Positions 30,923 through 41,165 of a DNA stretch of 64,000 nt are shown here, piece after piece; within the stretch, counting starts at the first letter, position 1; each line of letters begins with the position of its first letter. The stretch is from contig JAZSMO010000012.1 in assembly GCA_045535935.1 (NCBI GenBank), positions 35,813 to 99,812 on the forward strand. The letters run 5' to 3'. A program made the position numbers and the translations under genes. The notes below the pieces were generated by a model. The model worked only from the letters and a program-made list of their open reading frames with translations. It was not told the origin of the DNA and did not search any database. This DNA is from Lachnospiraceae bacterium (GTDB lineage: Bacteria; Bacillota; Clostridia; Lachnospirales; Lachnospiraceae).

Positions 30923-32407
30923 ATGCACGTGATGTTCGGAGGGTATGAAGTGGATTTTGAAACGAGCGGATTGAGCAGAGAAGAGATAAGAAAAAGAAGA
31001 AGAAAAAAAGAGAGAACGCAGGCAATGGCACTTTTGGCGGCTGCGCTCCTTGTAGTTATACTCTTGGTTGGCGGAGGCATTTTCGGAATTGTCAAACTGG
31101 TCGGCGGAAAATCACCGAAGGATGAAAAGCCGGCGGTGGACGCAGTGACGACAGAAAGTGTGGCAGAAGCATCGCAGGAAGACAGCCGGGCGGAGGAATC
31201 TGCAGCGGATGCAGAGCAGGAGACAGATTCCGATGCGACGGAGGAAGAGTCTGCAGACACGGAAGAAACTGCAGATGCAGAAGAGTCGACAGATGCGACA
31301 GAAGAGGAGCCGGATACGGCAGATCCGTTTGGGGATGATGCGTTAGATGCACAGTTAGAGGCTCTGGTGGATGAAAAAATTGCATCCCTGACACTGGAAG
31401 ATAAAATTGCAGGATTGTTTTTTGTGACTCCGGCGCAGCTTATGGGCGTGGAGAGCGATGTGAAGACAGTGGGAAGTGATTTCGGCGAAAAGATGTCGGC
31501 CTATCCGGTGGGCGGAATTGTGCTTGACGCTTCTAATATGGAATCAGAAGAAGGTTTTATGGGGCTTGTTGTCAATATGAAGGGATATATCCCGAGTGAT
31601 CTCTTCGTCGGTATGGAACACGAAGGCGGAGAGAATTCGCCGCTTGTTCAGGGCGGAGTTACGGAGACAGTGATTTCTCCGCTTTCGGAAATCGGAGAGA
31701 GTCTCGGAGCATCCGGCGCTTACAGTGCAGGTATTTCGCTGGGCGGGGAGCTTCGCCAGTATGCGATCAATGTAGATTTTGCACCGAATGTGGACGTTTC
31801 GCTGAAAGAGGGAAGCGTGGCAGAAGCAGAAGGCTTCGGCGTGGATATGGAAGAGACGGCGCAGCTTGGAAAAAATATGGTAAAAGGTTTGTCTGATCAG
31901 GGAATTTTTACCGCAGTGAAGCATTTTCCGAGTTACGGTGATGTGACACAGGACGGCGACAGCGGCCAGGTGATATCCCAGCGGACCAAAGAAGATTTGC
32001 AGGGCGAGTATGCACCTTACATAGAGGCGATTGATGCAGGAGCGGATTTTGTTATGGTATCACATGTTAGTCTTCCGCAAGTTAGAGGAGATAACAGACC
32101 TGCTTCGTTGTCAAAAGAGGTTATCACGGATATCATCCGTACAGAGTGGGAGTACGACGGAATTGTCATGACGGATTTCATGAATAAGTCGTGCATGTAC
32201 CAGAAATATACTTACGCGGAAGCTGCAGTGGGAGCCATTGAAGCGGGCGCAGACATGATTCTTTGTCCGAAAAATTTCCTGAAATCATACAACGGTATTC
32301 TGGATGCGGTCAATGCAGGCACCATAACGGAAGAGCGCATTGACGAGTCTTTGCGAAGAATTTACCGTGTAAAACTTTCAGGTTCACTGGAAACGACAGA
32401 AAATTAA
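30923..32407 (+). CDS. glycoside hydrolase family 3 N-domain protein (NagZ-like beta-N-acetylhexosaminidase), membrane-anchored
   Basis: It has one TM helix and then an acidic low-complexity linker. The GH3 barrel follows, with KHFPSYGDVTQDGDSG and VMTDF motifs. The start is uncertain (ATG 30923 or GTG 30950 after GGAGGG). Confidence 0.8.
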   Translation: MHVMFGGYEVDFETSGLSREEIRKRRRKKERTQAMALLAAALLVVILLVGGGIFGIVKLVGGKSPKDEKPAVDAVTTESVAEASQEDSRAEESAADAEQETDSDATEEESADTEETADAEESTDATEEEPDTADPFGDDALDAQLEALVDEKIASLTLEDKIAGLFFVTPAQLMGVESDVKTVGSDFGEKMSAYPVGGIVLDASNMESEEGFMGLVVNMKGYIPSDLFVGMEHEGGENSPLVQGGVTETVISPLSEIGESLGASGAYSAGISLGGELRQYAINVDFAPNVDVSLKEGSVAEAEGFGVDMEETAQLGKNMVKGLSDQGIFTAVKHFPSYGDVTQDGDSGQVISQRTKEDLQGEYAPYIEAIDAGADFVMVSHVSLPQVRGDNRPASLSKEVITDIIRTEWEYDGIVMTDFMNKSCMYQKYTYAEAAVGAIEAGADMILCPKNFLKSYNGILDAVNAGTITEERIDESLRRIYRVKLSGSLETTEN

Positions 32408-32415
32408 AAAAAGAA

Positions 32416-32444
32416 TTGACAAATCAGAATGTGTATAGTATAGT
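32416..32444 (+). promoter_or_regulatory. sigma-A promoter of tRNA-Gly
   Basis: TTGACA (32416-21), a 17 nt spacer, then TATAGT (32439-44). It lies about 30 nt upstream of the tRNA. Confidence 0.6.
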
Positions 32445-32476
32445 TAATTTTGCCCGCTGAAAAGCGTGGCAAATAT

Positions 32477-32548
<72 letters not shown>

Positions 32549-32561
32549 CTCAAGTAGCATG

Positions 32562-32592
32562 AAAAAGACATCCGAAGGATGTCTTTTTTTGT
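32562..32592 (+). terminator. rho-independent terminator after tRNA-Gly
   Basis: AAAAAGACATCC-GAA-GGATGTCTTTTT followed by a T-run. Confidence 0.8.
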
Positions 32593-32656
32593 TTGACAGA
32601 AGCAAGTCCATAAAATACAATCTATATAGTATTTGATACAGGCAGGAGAAAAAAAT

Positions 32657-34162
32657 ATGGTTTTTAATTCCGTAGATTTTCTGATTTTCTTCCCGGTCGT
32701 ACTGCTGGTTTATTTTTTTGTACCACGGAAGATTCGTTATATCTGGCTTTTGGTCGCCAGTTATTATTTTTATATGAGTTGGAACCCGAAGTATGCGGTG
32801 CTGATTGCACTTTCGACGGTGATTACGTATCTGAGCGGTGTTTTGCTGGGAAAAGCCGGAACGATCCGGGATGCCCGGAAAGAAAAACGCACGAAAAATT
32901 GGATTGTAGCCGGAAGCTTTGTGACCAATCTCGGCATTTTGTTCTTTTTTAAATATTTTGATTTTGCACTTATGAATCTGAACCGGGTGCTTGGACGTCT
33001 CGGCATCGAAATGATAGAGAAGCCGTTTGACGTGTTGTTGCCGGTGGGTATTTCCTTTTATACATTTCAGGCGCTCAGTTACACGATGGATGTGTACCGG
33101 AAAGAGATTGCGCCGGAAAAAAATCTGTTGAAATATGCATTGTTTGTGTCGTTCTTTCCGCAGCTTGTGGCGGGACCGATCGAGCGTTCCACAAAGCTGA
33201 TGAAGCAGATGCAGCAGGTGCATACGTTCCGTCTTTGGAACTATGACAATATTACAGGCGGTGCGGCGATTATGCTCTGGGGCTATTTCATGAAAATGGT
33301 TGTGGCGGACAGGCTTGCGATTACGGTAGATACGGTGTTTGGCAGTTATGCATCCTATGATGCCACGGTGCTCATTTTAGCGGCGGTTTTGTTTGCGTTT
33401 CAGATTTACTGTGATTTCGGAAGTTATTCCATGATTGCGGTCGGTTGTGCCAAGGTCATGGGATTTGAACTGATGGAAAACTTTAATACGCCGTATTTTG
33501 CCACGAGTATCAAAGAGTTTTGGCGCAGATGGCATATTTCGCTCAGCAGTTGGTTCCGTGATTATCTGTACATTCCGCTGGGTGGAAACCGGAAGGGCAA
33601 AGGACGCAAATATCTGAATCTTATGATTACGTTCCTCGTGAGCGGACTTTGGCACGGAGCAAGCTTTAGTTTTGTTGTATGGGGAGGACTTCACGGTCTG
33701 TACCAGGTGGTCGGAGAACTGACAAAGCCGGTGCGGGAAAAAATGGTGTCTGCATGTAAGGTGCGGACGGACAGCTTCGTGTACCGCGCTGTGCAGGGGC
33801 TCATTACGTTTGTGCTGGTTGATTTTGCGTGGATTTTCTTCCGCTGCGGTTCGCTGGGAGAAAGCTTACAGTATATAAAGTGCATATTTGGCGGATTTGA
33901 TCTGTCCGTGTGGTCGGACGCGGCGAGACTTGCGCCTGGGCTTTCGATGGTAGAATTTTGGATTGCGCTCATTTCCCTCGGTATTTTGCTTTTGGTGGAT
34001 ATGGTCCGCTATTGCAAGGGAATGCAGCTGTATGCGTATTTAAACACGAAAGCATTGTGGCTGCGGTGGAGTGTTTATCTGTTTCTTGCAGCTGCCATCT
34101 TTTTGCTTGGCATCTACGGACCGGCCTATAATGCGACAGAATTTATTTATTTCCAATTTTAG
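32657..34162 (+). CDS. MBOAT-family membrane O-acyltransferase (AlgI/DltB/PatA-like)
   Basis: I chose the start at ATG 32657, 7 nt after AGGAGA. It begins MVFNSVDFLIFFPVV and has ISFYTFQALSYTMDVY and FWRRWHISLSSWFRDYLYIPLGGNR with the conserved His. Confidence 0.9.
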   Translation: MVFNSVDFLIFFPVVLLVYFFVPRKIRYIWLLVASYYFYMSWNPKYAVLIALSTVITYLSGVLLGKAGTIRDARKEKRTKNWIVAGSFVTNLGILFFFKYFDFALMNLNRVLGRLGIEMIEKPFDVLLPVGISFYTFQALSYTMDVYRKEIAPEKNLLKYALFVSFFPQLVAGPIERSTKLMKQMQQVHTFRLWNYDNITGGAAIMLWGYFMKMVVADRLAITVDTVFGSYASYDATVLILAAVLFAFQIYCDFGSYSMIAVGCAKVMGFELMENFNTPYFATSIKEFWRRWHISLSSWFRDYLYIPLGGNRKGKGRKYLNLMITFLVSGLWHGASFSFVVWGGLHGLYQVVGELTKPVREKMVSACKVRTDSFVYRAVQGLITFVLVDFAWIFFRCGSLGESLQYIKCIFGGFDLSVWSDAARLAPGLSMVEFWIALISLGILLLVDMVRYCKGMQLYAYLNTKALWLRWSVYLFLAAAIFLLGIYGPAYNATEFIYFQF

Positions 34163-34173
34163 AAGGAAGCGAT

Positions 34174-35184
34174 ATGAAAAAAAAGATAGGTAAAATTGTC
34201 GGGTTTTTGATACTTCTCTCGATAATACTATGGAAACTGAATGATGTGGTAGCATTTAAATATACCGACGGAATCACGCAGATGGAGCATTTTTATGATC
34301 TTGATGAGGACACGGTGGATGTACTTGTGCTCGGATCTTCCCACGCGTTTGTCAATGTGAGTCCGGCACTTTTGTATGAGCAGTACGGAATTGCGTCCTA
34401 CGATCTGTGTGCAAGTATGCAGCCTATGTGGAACACGTATTATTATTTGAAGGAGGCGCTTGCGTACCAGACGCCGGAGCTGATTGTTCTCGATGTGTAC
34501 CGCCTTGTGGAGGCATTCCCGTATTCCAAGGAAAGTAAGCTTGTGAAAACGACATATGGGATGCGCCTTTCTGCCAACAAATATTATGCGATCAAAGAGA
34601 GTCTCAGCGAGGAGACGAAGGGGGATCTGCTTCGCCATATGGTGGAGTTTCCTGCGTATCACAGCCGGTATGTGGATTTGGCGGCGGAAGATTTTGACCG
34701 CAGTCTGGTGGTCGGAGACGGATATAAAGGGGCGCACCCGGTGACGGAGACAGCGGCGAAGCAGCGGCCGGAGCTTAATCATGTAACGGAGGCCATGGAG
34801 ATTGAGCCGAAAACGATGGAATATTTTGAAAAGATCCTTGCGCTGGCAAAGGAGAAGGATATTCCGGTTTTACTCATCAATGCTCCTTATATTATGATTG
34901 AGGATGACAAGAAAGTGTTTAATACACTGGAAAAGTATTTGGATGAAAAGAAACCCGGCCATGTGGATTACGTGGACTTCAACGGACTGTATGATGAGAT
35001 GGGACTTGACTTTACAACGGATTTTGCAGATGACAATCATTTGAATATCAGCGGACTGCCGAAATTTAACAAAGTCCTGGGTGAGTATCTTTCCGAAAAT
35101 TATGACTTGCAGGACAGAAGAGGAGACGAAAGGTTCTCTTCTTATGAGGATGCAGTTGCAGAATTGCAAAAATACTACCGTTAG
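34174..35184 (+). CDS. membrane-anchored SGNH/DltD-like protein, probable partner of the MBOAT acyltransferase
   Basis: 336 aa with an N-terminal TM helix. VLVLGSSHAF is a block-I-like Ser motif and DDNH near the C-terminus is a block-V DxxH. It starts 11 nt after the MBOAT gene. Confidence 0.6.
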   Translation: MKKKIGKIVGFLILLSIILWKLNDVVAFKYTDGITQMEHFYDLDEDTVDVLVLGSSHAFVNVSPALLYEQYGIASYDLCASMQPMWNTYYYLKEALAYQTPELIVLDVYRLVEAFPYSKESKLVKTTYGMRLSANKYYAIKESLSEETKGDLLRHMVEFPAYHSRYVDLAAEDFDRSLVVGDGYKGAHPVTETAAKQRPELNHVTEAMEIEPKTMEYFEKILALAKEKDIPVLLINAPYIMIEDDKKVFNTLEKYLDEKKPGHVDYVDFNGLYDEMGLDFTTDFADDNHLNISGLPKFNKVLGEYLSENYDLQDRRGDERFSSYEDAVAELQKYYR

Positions 35185-35213
35185 GCGCAAAAGTGGCGTC
35201 ATAAAGGGAAATA

Positions 35214-35246
35214 GAAAAGAGCCGGAACTTCCGGCTCTTTGTTTAT
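35214..35246. terminator. bidirectional rho-independent terminator
   Basis: AAAAGAGCCGGAA-C-TTCCGGCTCTTTG flanked by A-rich and T-rich runs, between convergent genes. Confidence 0.75.
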
Positions 35247-35258
35247 GAAGTATTCAGA

Positions 35259-35885
35259 TTATAATTTTAACTCGGTCGGAGCTGCTGTCAGAGCATCTAC
35301 ACGATCGGAAATCTCATTCATGGTCTCTTTGATAGAGTGGTTGATTTCGCCGGATACGCTTGCAAGTTTACCTACTTCGTCAGCAACAACGGCGAATCCC
35401 TTTCCGGCTTCACCTGCACGAGCAGCCTCGATGGAAGCGTTCAGTGCGAGCATACGCTGTTTTGACTCAATCTTGTCCAGTGCGTGAGATTTTTCAAGCA
35501 TCTGGTCAACCAAAGCACGGAATGTATGTAATTCTTCTTTGTACTTGTCGATTTCAGCAGTGTTTTCTGATGTCTGGTACTGGCAATTCAAAGCTGTGGA
35601 TAAAATATTCTGAAGCTGCTTGAATGCGTTGCGTACGGTTTCATCCTGAGCAGACATGCCTTCCGGAACTCCGAAGGTAATCTGTGCAATCACAGTTTCG
35701 CCGATGGAAAGAAGAGAAAGGGAATCGTCAACGGAACATGCGGTATACATGTTGCGATCAAAGTCTTCCATAAGGGCAGAGTCATCAAAGTCTGTGATGG
35801 TGGCCGTTAAGCCGGTGACAAGCGACCAGTCGGCAATATATTTGCCTAATGCTTCAAAATTTGCGAATTCGTTTATTTTTTTCAT
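35259..35885 (-). CDS. short soluble methyl-accepting-chemotaxis-like protein (MA signalling-domain fragment)
   Basis: 208 aa with no TM helix. The C-terminal half holds the MCP hairpin-tip core [30 protein letters not shown]. The N-terminal 90 aa or so is unassigned (faintly PocR-like). Confidence 0.7.
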   Translation of the reverse strand: MKKINEFANFEALGKYIADWSLVTGLTATITDFDDSALMEDFDRNMYTACSVDDSLSLLSIGETVIAQITFGVPEGMSAQDETVRNAFKQLQNILSTALNCQYQTSENTAEIDKYKEELHTFRALVDQMLEKSHALDKIESKQRMLALNASIEAARAGEAGKGFAVVADEVGKLASVSGEINHSIKETMNEISDRVDALTAAPTELKL

Positions 35886-36085
35886 ATTTATATGTCCTTT
35901 CTATAATTATAGGAATACACTATATTCAGTATAACAAAATAGTTCGAAGATTTGTATACCAAATTACAAAAAAGTTGTAGAAATTATCAAATATTTTTTG
36001 TTTAAAATGTCAGCACAAGAATAACAGTCCTATTTGTTATTTTTTGGTTTTGTGATAGAATAGATATAAGAGTATTGAAATTAGG

Positions 36086-36808
36086 ATGACAGGAAAGATG
36101 AACGGAGCATTACTTAAAAAAATTGCGGTGGTCACTATGTTGGTCGATCATCTCGGCGCGGCATTTTTTATCATCTATACAAGTGGGTATGACGGGACGG
36201 CTGCATTCGGCGGGGCGGATGTGATGTATCAGTTGTTGCGCATCATAGGCCGGACGGCATTTCCGATTTTTTGTTTTCTTATCGTAGAAGGGTTCTTTTT
36301 TACAAGGAGCCGATGGAAATATTTACTGCGGCTGTTTTTGTTTGCACTGTTGTCCGAGGTGCCGTTTGATCTGGCTTTTCATGACAAAGTGTGGGATATG
36401 TCCATGCAGAATGTCTTTTTTACTTTGTTTCTTGGTTTGCTGGCATTGATGGCACTGGATATGGGAAGGCAGGCGATGGAAGCCTGCAATTCGAAATTCT
36501 CTCCGAAAGTTGTCGCTTCGGGAGTGGGCACACTGCTTTGTGTTGCGGCCGCATATTTCGGCCGGACGGATTATGATGTCAGCGGTGTGTTCTTGATTCT
36601 GATTTTTTATCTGTTCAGAGAAAGCAGAGGGCTTGCATGTTTGTGCGGATATTTGTGCATGCTGCATGAGATGTGGTGTTTTCCGGCGTTTGTGCTTTTA
36701 TACTTTTATAATGGGGCGAAGGGAAAAGGCAGTAAATATTTTTATTATGTTTTTTATCCGGCGCATTTGGTTCTTTTGGCGTTATTTCGAATGCTATGTT
36801 TAAAATAA
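36086..36808 (+). CDS. TraX-family membrane protein
   Basis: LKKIAVVTMLVDHLGAAFF and FPIFCFLIVEGF are typical TraX motifs. The start is uncertain (ATG 36086 or 36098). Confidence 0.75.
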   Translation: MTGKMNGALLKKIAVVTMLVDHLGAAFFIIYTSGYDGTAAFGGADVMYQLLRIIGRTAFPIFCFLIVEGFFFTRSRWKYLLRLFLFALLSEVPFDLAFHDKVWDMSMQNVFFTLFLGLLALMALDMGRQAMEACNSKFSPKVVASGVGTLLCVAAAYFGRTDYDVSGVFLILIFYLFRESRGLACLCGYLCMLHEMWCFPAFVLLYFYNGAKGKGSKYFYYVFYPAHLVLLALFRMLCLK

Positions 36809-36827
36809 AAGATGGGAGGACTATGAT

Positions 36828-38423
36828 ATGAAGCTGATGTTTATTGGGGCCGATCATGAGGTTACGGGCAGTTGTCACTACATTGAGGCGTGTGGCAAGC
36901 ATATACTGATCGATTACGGCATGGAGCAGGGAGTCAATGTATTTGAAAATGTAGATATTCCGGTGCATGAGTCGATGATTGATTATGTGTTGTTGACGCA
37001 TGCGCATGTGGATCATTCCGGTATGCTTCCGCTGCTGTATGCAAGAGGATTCCGCGGGCAGATTTTTTCAACGGATGCCACGGCGGATCTTTGCAGTATT
37101 ATGCTTCGTGACTGTGCGCACATTCAGATGCAGGAGGCAGAATGGAAAAACCGCAAGGCAAAGCGTAGTGCGGCGCATCCGCCGGTAGAACCGCTTTATA
37201 CCATGGAAGATGCGGATGGAACCATCAAGTGCTTTGTGCCATGTCATTATGATCAGATGGTTACACTGTGTGAAGGGATTCAGATTCGGTTTACGGACAT
37301 CGGACATCTGCTTGGGTCTGCAAGTATTGAAGTCTGGATTACCGAGGATAAGGTTTCCAAGAAGATTGTGTTCTCGGGAGATATCGGCAATGTGGAACAA
37401 CCGCTGATCAAGGATCCTCAGTTAACCAAGGAGGCGGATTATGTAGTCATGGAATCCACCTAAGGTGACCGCATCCATTCGACAGAAAGACCGGATTATG
37501 TGGCGGAACTGACGCAGATACTCAAGGAGACCTTTGACAAGGGCGGTAATGTGGTCATCCCTTCCTTTGCGGTAGGGCGTACACAGGAAATGCTTTATTT
37601 CCTGCGCAAGATTAAGATGGAAAAACTGGTGGAAGGACATCCGGATTTTCCGGTGTATGTCGATAGCCCTTTGGCGGTGGAAGCGACAGGTATATTCCAC
37701 AAAAATATATATAACTGCTTTGATGAGGAAGCGATGGCCCTGGTCAATCAGGGGATTAACCCGATCAGCTTTCCGGGACTGCGGCTTTCCATCACAAGTG
37801 ATGAGTCAAAAGCAATCAACTTTGACGACACTCCTAAGGTTATCCTTTCAGCCTCCGGTATGTGTGAGGCCGGACGTATCCGCCATCATTTGAAACATAA
37901 CCTTTGGCGTCCGGAATGTACCGTTTTGTTTGTGGGATATCAGGCGGTCGGTACGCTGGGACGTATCATTGTGGAAGGCGTGGATGAAGTAAAATTGTTC
38001 GGTGAGCCGATTCAGGTGAGAGCCAAGATTGCGAAGCTGACCGGGCTTTCCGGACATGCGGACAAAAATGGTCTGATTGCATGGATTAACGGCTTTGAAA
38101 AAAAGCCGGAGCGAGTGTTTGTTGTCCATGGTGAAGATACCGTATGTTCAGCGTTTGCACAGTGCCTTCATCATGAATATGGGTATGAGACATATGCACC
38201 GTACAGCGGCGCGGAGTTTGATATGGTGACCAATACAATCACCTACGATGCCCAGGGAGTTGCGATCAAGAAAAAGAAAGTGGCAAGCGATATATTCCGC
38301 AGGCTGCTTGATGCAGGTCACAGACTTATGGCGGTTATTCAGCGCAATGAGGGTGGCGCAAACAAAGATCTTGCCAAGTTCGCAGATCAGATCAATGCGC
38401 TTTGTGACAAATGGGACAGATAA
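36828..38423 (+). pseudogene. beta-CASP metallo-beta-lactamase-fold RNA-metabolising hydrolase interrupted by a single in-frame TAA
   Basis: ORFs 36828..37463 and 37500..38423 are in the same frame. Reading through gives VVMEST*GDRIHSTERPDY, so TAA (37461-63) replaces Tyr of the conserved ESTYG motif. HAHVDHSG and the C-terminal GLSGHAD motifs are present. Confidence 0.8.
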
Positions 38424-38445
38424 GAGAAAGTGAGGAACAGAGGCC

Positions 38446-39294
38446 ATGAGTATGGCAGATCAGATTTTTATTCAAATGTGTAAGGATATACTGGAGAACG
38501 GAACCAGTACGGAGGGAGAAAAGGTGCGTCCGCACTGGGAGGACGGCGCAAGTGCCTACACGATAAAAAAGTTCGGTGTGGTAAACCGTTATGACCTTTC
38601 CAAAGAGTTTCCGATTCTGACACTTCGCAGGACTGCACTGAAGAGCGCGACCGATGAGATGCTTTGGATTTGGCAACAGAAGTCAAACAATATCCATGAT
38701 CTCCACAGCCATATCTGGGATGAGTGGGCGGATGAGACCGGCTCCATCGGAAAAGCATACGGTTATCAGATGGGAGTCAAACATCACTACAAGGAAGGGA
38801 TGATGGATCAGGTGGACCGCGTGATCTATGATCTGAAGAACAATCCGTTCAGCCGTCGTATTATGACCAATATATACGTACATCAGGATCTGCACGAGAT
38901 GAATCTGTATCCGTGTGCTTACAGCATGACCTTTAATGTGACTCAGCAGAAGGGAGAGGATAAGCTTCGGCTCAATGCGATATTGAACCAGCGTTCGCAG
39001 GATGTTCTTGCGGCCAACAACTGGAATGTTGTCCAGTATGCGGTGCTTGTGCATATGCTGGCGCAGGTATGTGATATGCAGGTCGGTGAACTGGTGCATG
39101 TCATCGCCGATGCGCATATTTATGACAGACATGTTCCGATTATCAAAGAGCTGATCGAAAGAGAGCCACTTCCGGCTCCGAAGTTTACTCTGAATCCGGA
39201 AGTGAAAGATTTTTATCAGTTTACAAGAGAGGATGTCAGCCTGGAGGGGTATGAGACCCATCCACAGATTACCGACATTCCGATTGCGATTTAG
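38446..39294 (+). CDS. thyA: thymidylate synthase
   Basis: ThyA blocks are present (LWIWQQKSNN, AYGYQ, PCAYSMTFNV catalytic Cys, NQRSQD). Confidence 0.95.
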   Translation: MSMADQIFIQMCKDILENGTSTEGEKVRPHWEDGASAYTIKKFGVVNRYDLSKEFPILTLRRTALKSATDEMLWIWQQKSNNIHDLHSHIWDEWADETGSIGKAYGYQMGVKHHYKEGMMDQVDRVIYDLKNNPFSRRIMTNIYVHQDLHEMNLYPCAYSMTFNVTQQKGEDKLRLNAILNQRSQDVLAANNWNVVQYAVLVHMLAQVCDMQVGELVHVIADAHIYDRHVPIIKELIEREPLPAPKFTLNPEVKDFYQFTREDVSLEGYETHPQITDIPIAI

Positions 39295-39328
39295 ATTGCA
39301 ATTTAAATGAAATGAGACGGAGGAAGAT

Positions 39329-39817
39329 ATGAAACTTATCGTTGCAGTAGATAAAAATTGGGGGATCGGAAGAAAAAACGCACTTCTGGTTCATATTCCG
39401 AATGATATGAAATTTTTCAGAAATGAGACGATGGGAAAGGTGATTATCATGGGGCGTAAAACCCTTGAGAGTTTTCCGCAGGGACAGCCGCTTTCCGGAA
39501 GAACCAACATCGTGCTCACATCGGATCAAAACTATTCCGTGAAAGGTGCGATTGTGGTTCACAGCGTGGAGGAGGCCATCGAGGAGAGTAAAAAGCACGG
39601 CGATGAGGTGTACTGCATCGGCGGCGCCAGCGTGTACAAGCAGTTCCTTTCTTACTGCGATACAGCGTATGTGACGAGAATCGATCACGCTTACGAGGCG
39701 GATACGTTCTTTCCGAATCTGGATGAAATGCCGGAATGGAAGATGACGCAGGAGAGCGAGGAACAGACCTATTTTGATATTGAGTATCGTTTTACTACCT
39801 ATGAAAAGATAAAATAA
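39329..39817 (+). CDS. folA: dihydrofolate reductase
   Basis: 162 aa with MKLIVAVDKNWGIGRKNALLVHIPNDMKFFRNETMG, IMGRKTLESFP and IGGASVY. It lies immediately downstream of thyA. Confidence 0.92.
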   Translation: MKLIVAVDKNWGIGRKNALLVHIPNDMKFFRNETMGKVIIMGRKTLESFPQGQPLSGRTNIVLTSDQNYSVKGAIVVHSVEEAIEESKKHGDEVYCIGGASVYKQFLSYCDTAYVTRIDHAYEADTFFPNLDEMPEWKMTQESEEQTYFDIEYRFTTYEKIK

Positions 39818-39825
39818 TTCCAATA

Positions 39826-39868
39826 AAACAGCACCGAAGGCATTCGCTTTCCGGTGCTGTTTTTGTTT
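39826..39868. terminator. rho-independent terminator between folA and the convergent GGDEF gene
   Basis: AAACAGCACCG...CGGTGCTGTTT stem with a T-run downstream and an A-run upstream. Confidence 0.75.
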
Positions 39869-39882
39869 ATTTATACATAGGA

Positions 39883-40989
39883 TTACTTTGCATTGTATGT
39901 GCTTACCACTTTGTTTCGGCCGGAAGTCTTTCCGATATAGAGCTTTTCGTCGGCCAGAGTCAGCACCTGATCCAGACCTTTGCCGGAGTGATATTCTTCT
40001 ACGCCGACACTGATTGTCAGATGCAATGTTACATCTTTGAAAGAAAATTCTTGGTTTTCTATTTTTATGCGAAGCTCTTCTAAGAATTTGATTGCCTGAT
40101 CATAGTCCATATTTTCGAAAGTGAGAAGAAATTCTTCACCTCCCCAGCGGGCAACATGTCCCTTGTCTTCCATGTATGTTTTCAGAAGATAGGAAAGGGA
40201 CTTTAACACGAAGTCTCCCATGCCGTGGCCGTATTCGTCGTTTACCTTTTTAAAGAAGTCAATGTCCATGATAGCAAGAGAAAAATCTGTCTGATACTTG
40301 TTGTAATTGTTTGTGAGAATAGACAGATGCTCGTTCATGGCACGGCGGTTCCAAAGTGTTGTCAGTGCATCTGTGTTAACCAACTGTTCCAGTCGCTTGT
40401 TGTATTGAATGATCTTTTCTTCTGATTTCGTATATTTTTCGTAAAAGGCATAAGCGATGGTGGTAAAGGTGAAAAATGTCAGACTGATGTTGATGGTTGA
40501 CAAAATAATGCGCATATGCACAGGTGGTGCAGTGTGCAATGGGATAAAATTATTTACAATTGCAATCAGAAGTACGAGCACACCGCAAGAGATAGCGTAA
40601 ATCAGCTTGCGACGGATGCGGATCCGGACGGAAAAGAAAACAAGAAGTATGGTAGAAAATATGATCGGAATGAAGAAATAGCCCCAGCCGACAAAGACAG
40701 AGAGTAAAACGGAACTGATAAGGATGATTGCATTAAATAACCATACAGATGTCAATGTTTTATTTTCGTAGGTGCATATGATGGCACCTAAAAGAATACC
40801 GATGTCGAAAATCAGAAATAATGTCATAAAAATGTCTCCGGTATAGGCGACCGGAAAAATTAAGATAAAGTGATGTATAATGCATATGATGGAAAGAATA
40901 CGGACCAAAACGGAAAGGTCGTTGGAATCGCCTTCTTTTTCCATATCTTTTAAGATGGTATTTTTGATTTTTTGTATGATATCTTTCAT
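39883..40989 (-). CDS. membrane-bound diguanylate cyclase (GGDEF)
   Basis: 368 aa. The N-terminal half has about 6 TM helices. The C-terminal GGDEF domain has DALTTLWNRR and an intact RWGGEEFLL active site. Confidence 0.85.
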   Translation of the reverse strand: MKDIIQKIKNTILKDMEKEGDSNDLSVLVRILSIICIIHHFILIFPVAYTGDIFMTLFLIFDIGILLGAIICTYENKTLTSVWLFNAIILISSVLLSVFVGWGYFFIPIIFSTILLVFFSVRIRIRRKLIYAISCGVLVLLIAIVNNFIPLHTAPPVHMRIILSTINISLTFFTFTTIAYAFYEKYTKSEEKIIQYNKRLEQLVNTDALTTLWNRRAMNEHLSILTNNYNKYQTDFSLAIMDIDFFKKVNDEYGHGMGDFVLKSLSYLLKTYMEDKGHVARWGGEEFLLTFENMDYDQAIKFLEELRIKIENQEFSFKDVTLHLTISVGVEEYHSGKGLDQVLTLADEKLYIGKTSGRNKVVSTYNAK

Positions 40990-41165
40990 GGTCAGGAACC
41001 TCTGTTATGTATATTTGTGCTATGTTTTAAAGTATACCATAATTTTTCGCTATGTTCTATATGAAAAAATGATATATTGACAGTATAAAAAAGGCGGTGG
41101 TAAACTGTTGGTTGTATAGAAAAGGCGTTTGACAGCCCGACAAAATCACGAAAGGAAGCGAAGTT

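Noticed and set aside
31150-31340. Imperfect tandem repeats in DNA encoding the acidic (A/T)D(A/T)EE stretch of the NagZ-like protein.
   Set aside because: This is a low-complexity acidic linker after the membrane anchor and lies in frame within the CDS. It is not a CRISPR array or a satellite.
36086-36808. TraX as a marker of a conjugative or mobile element.
   Set aside because: There are no relaxase, T4SS, integrase or transposase genes or flanking repeats nearby, and the neighbours are housekeeping genes. A stand-alone traX-like gene is not by itself evidence of a conjugative element.
37461-37463. TAA as a recoded sense codon (alternative genetic code).
   Set aside because: TAA is used as the normal stop of many well-defined genes in this window (for example uxaC, the GH3 gene, glyA, thrS), so global reassignment is not plausible.
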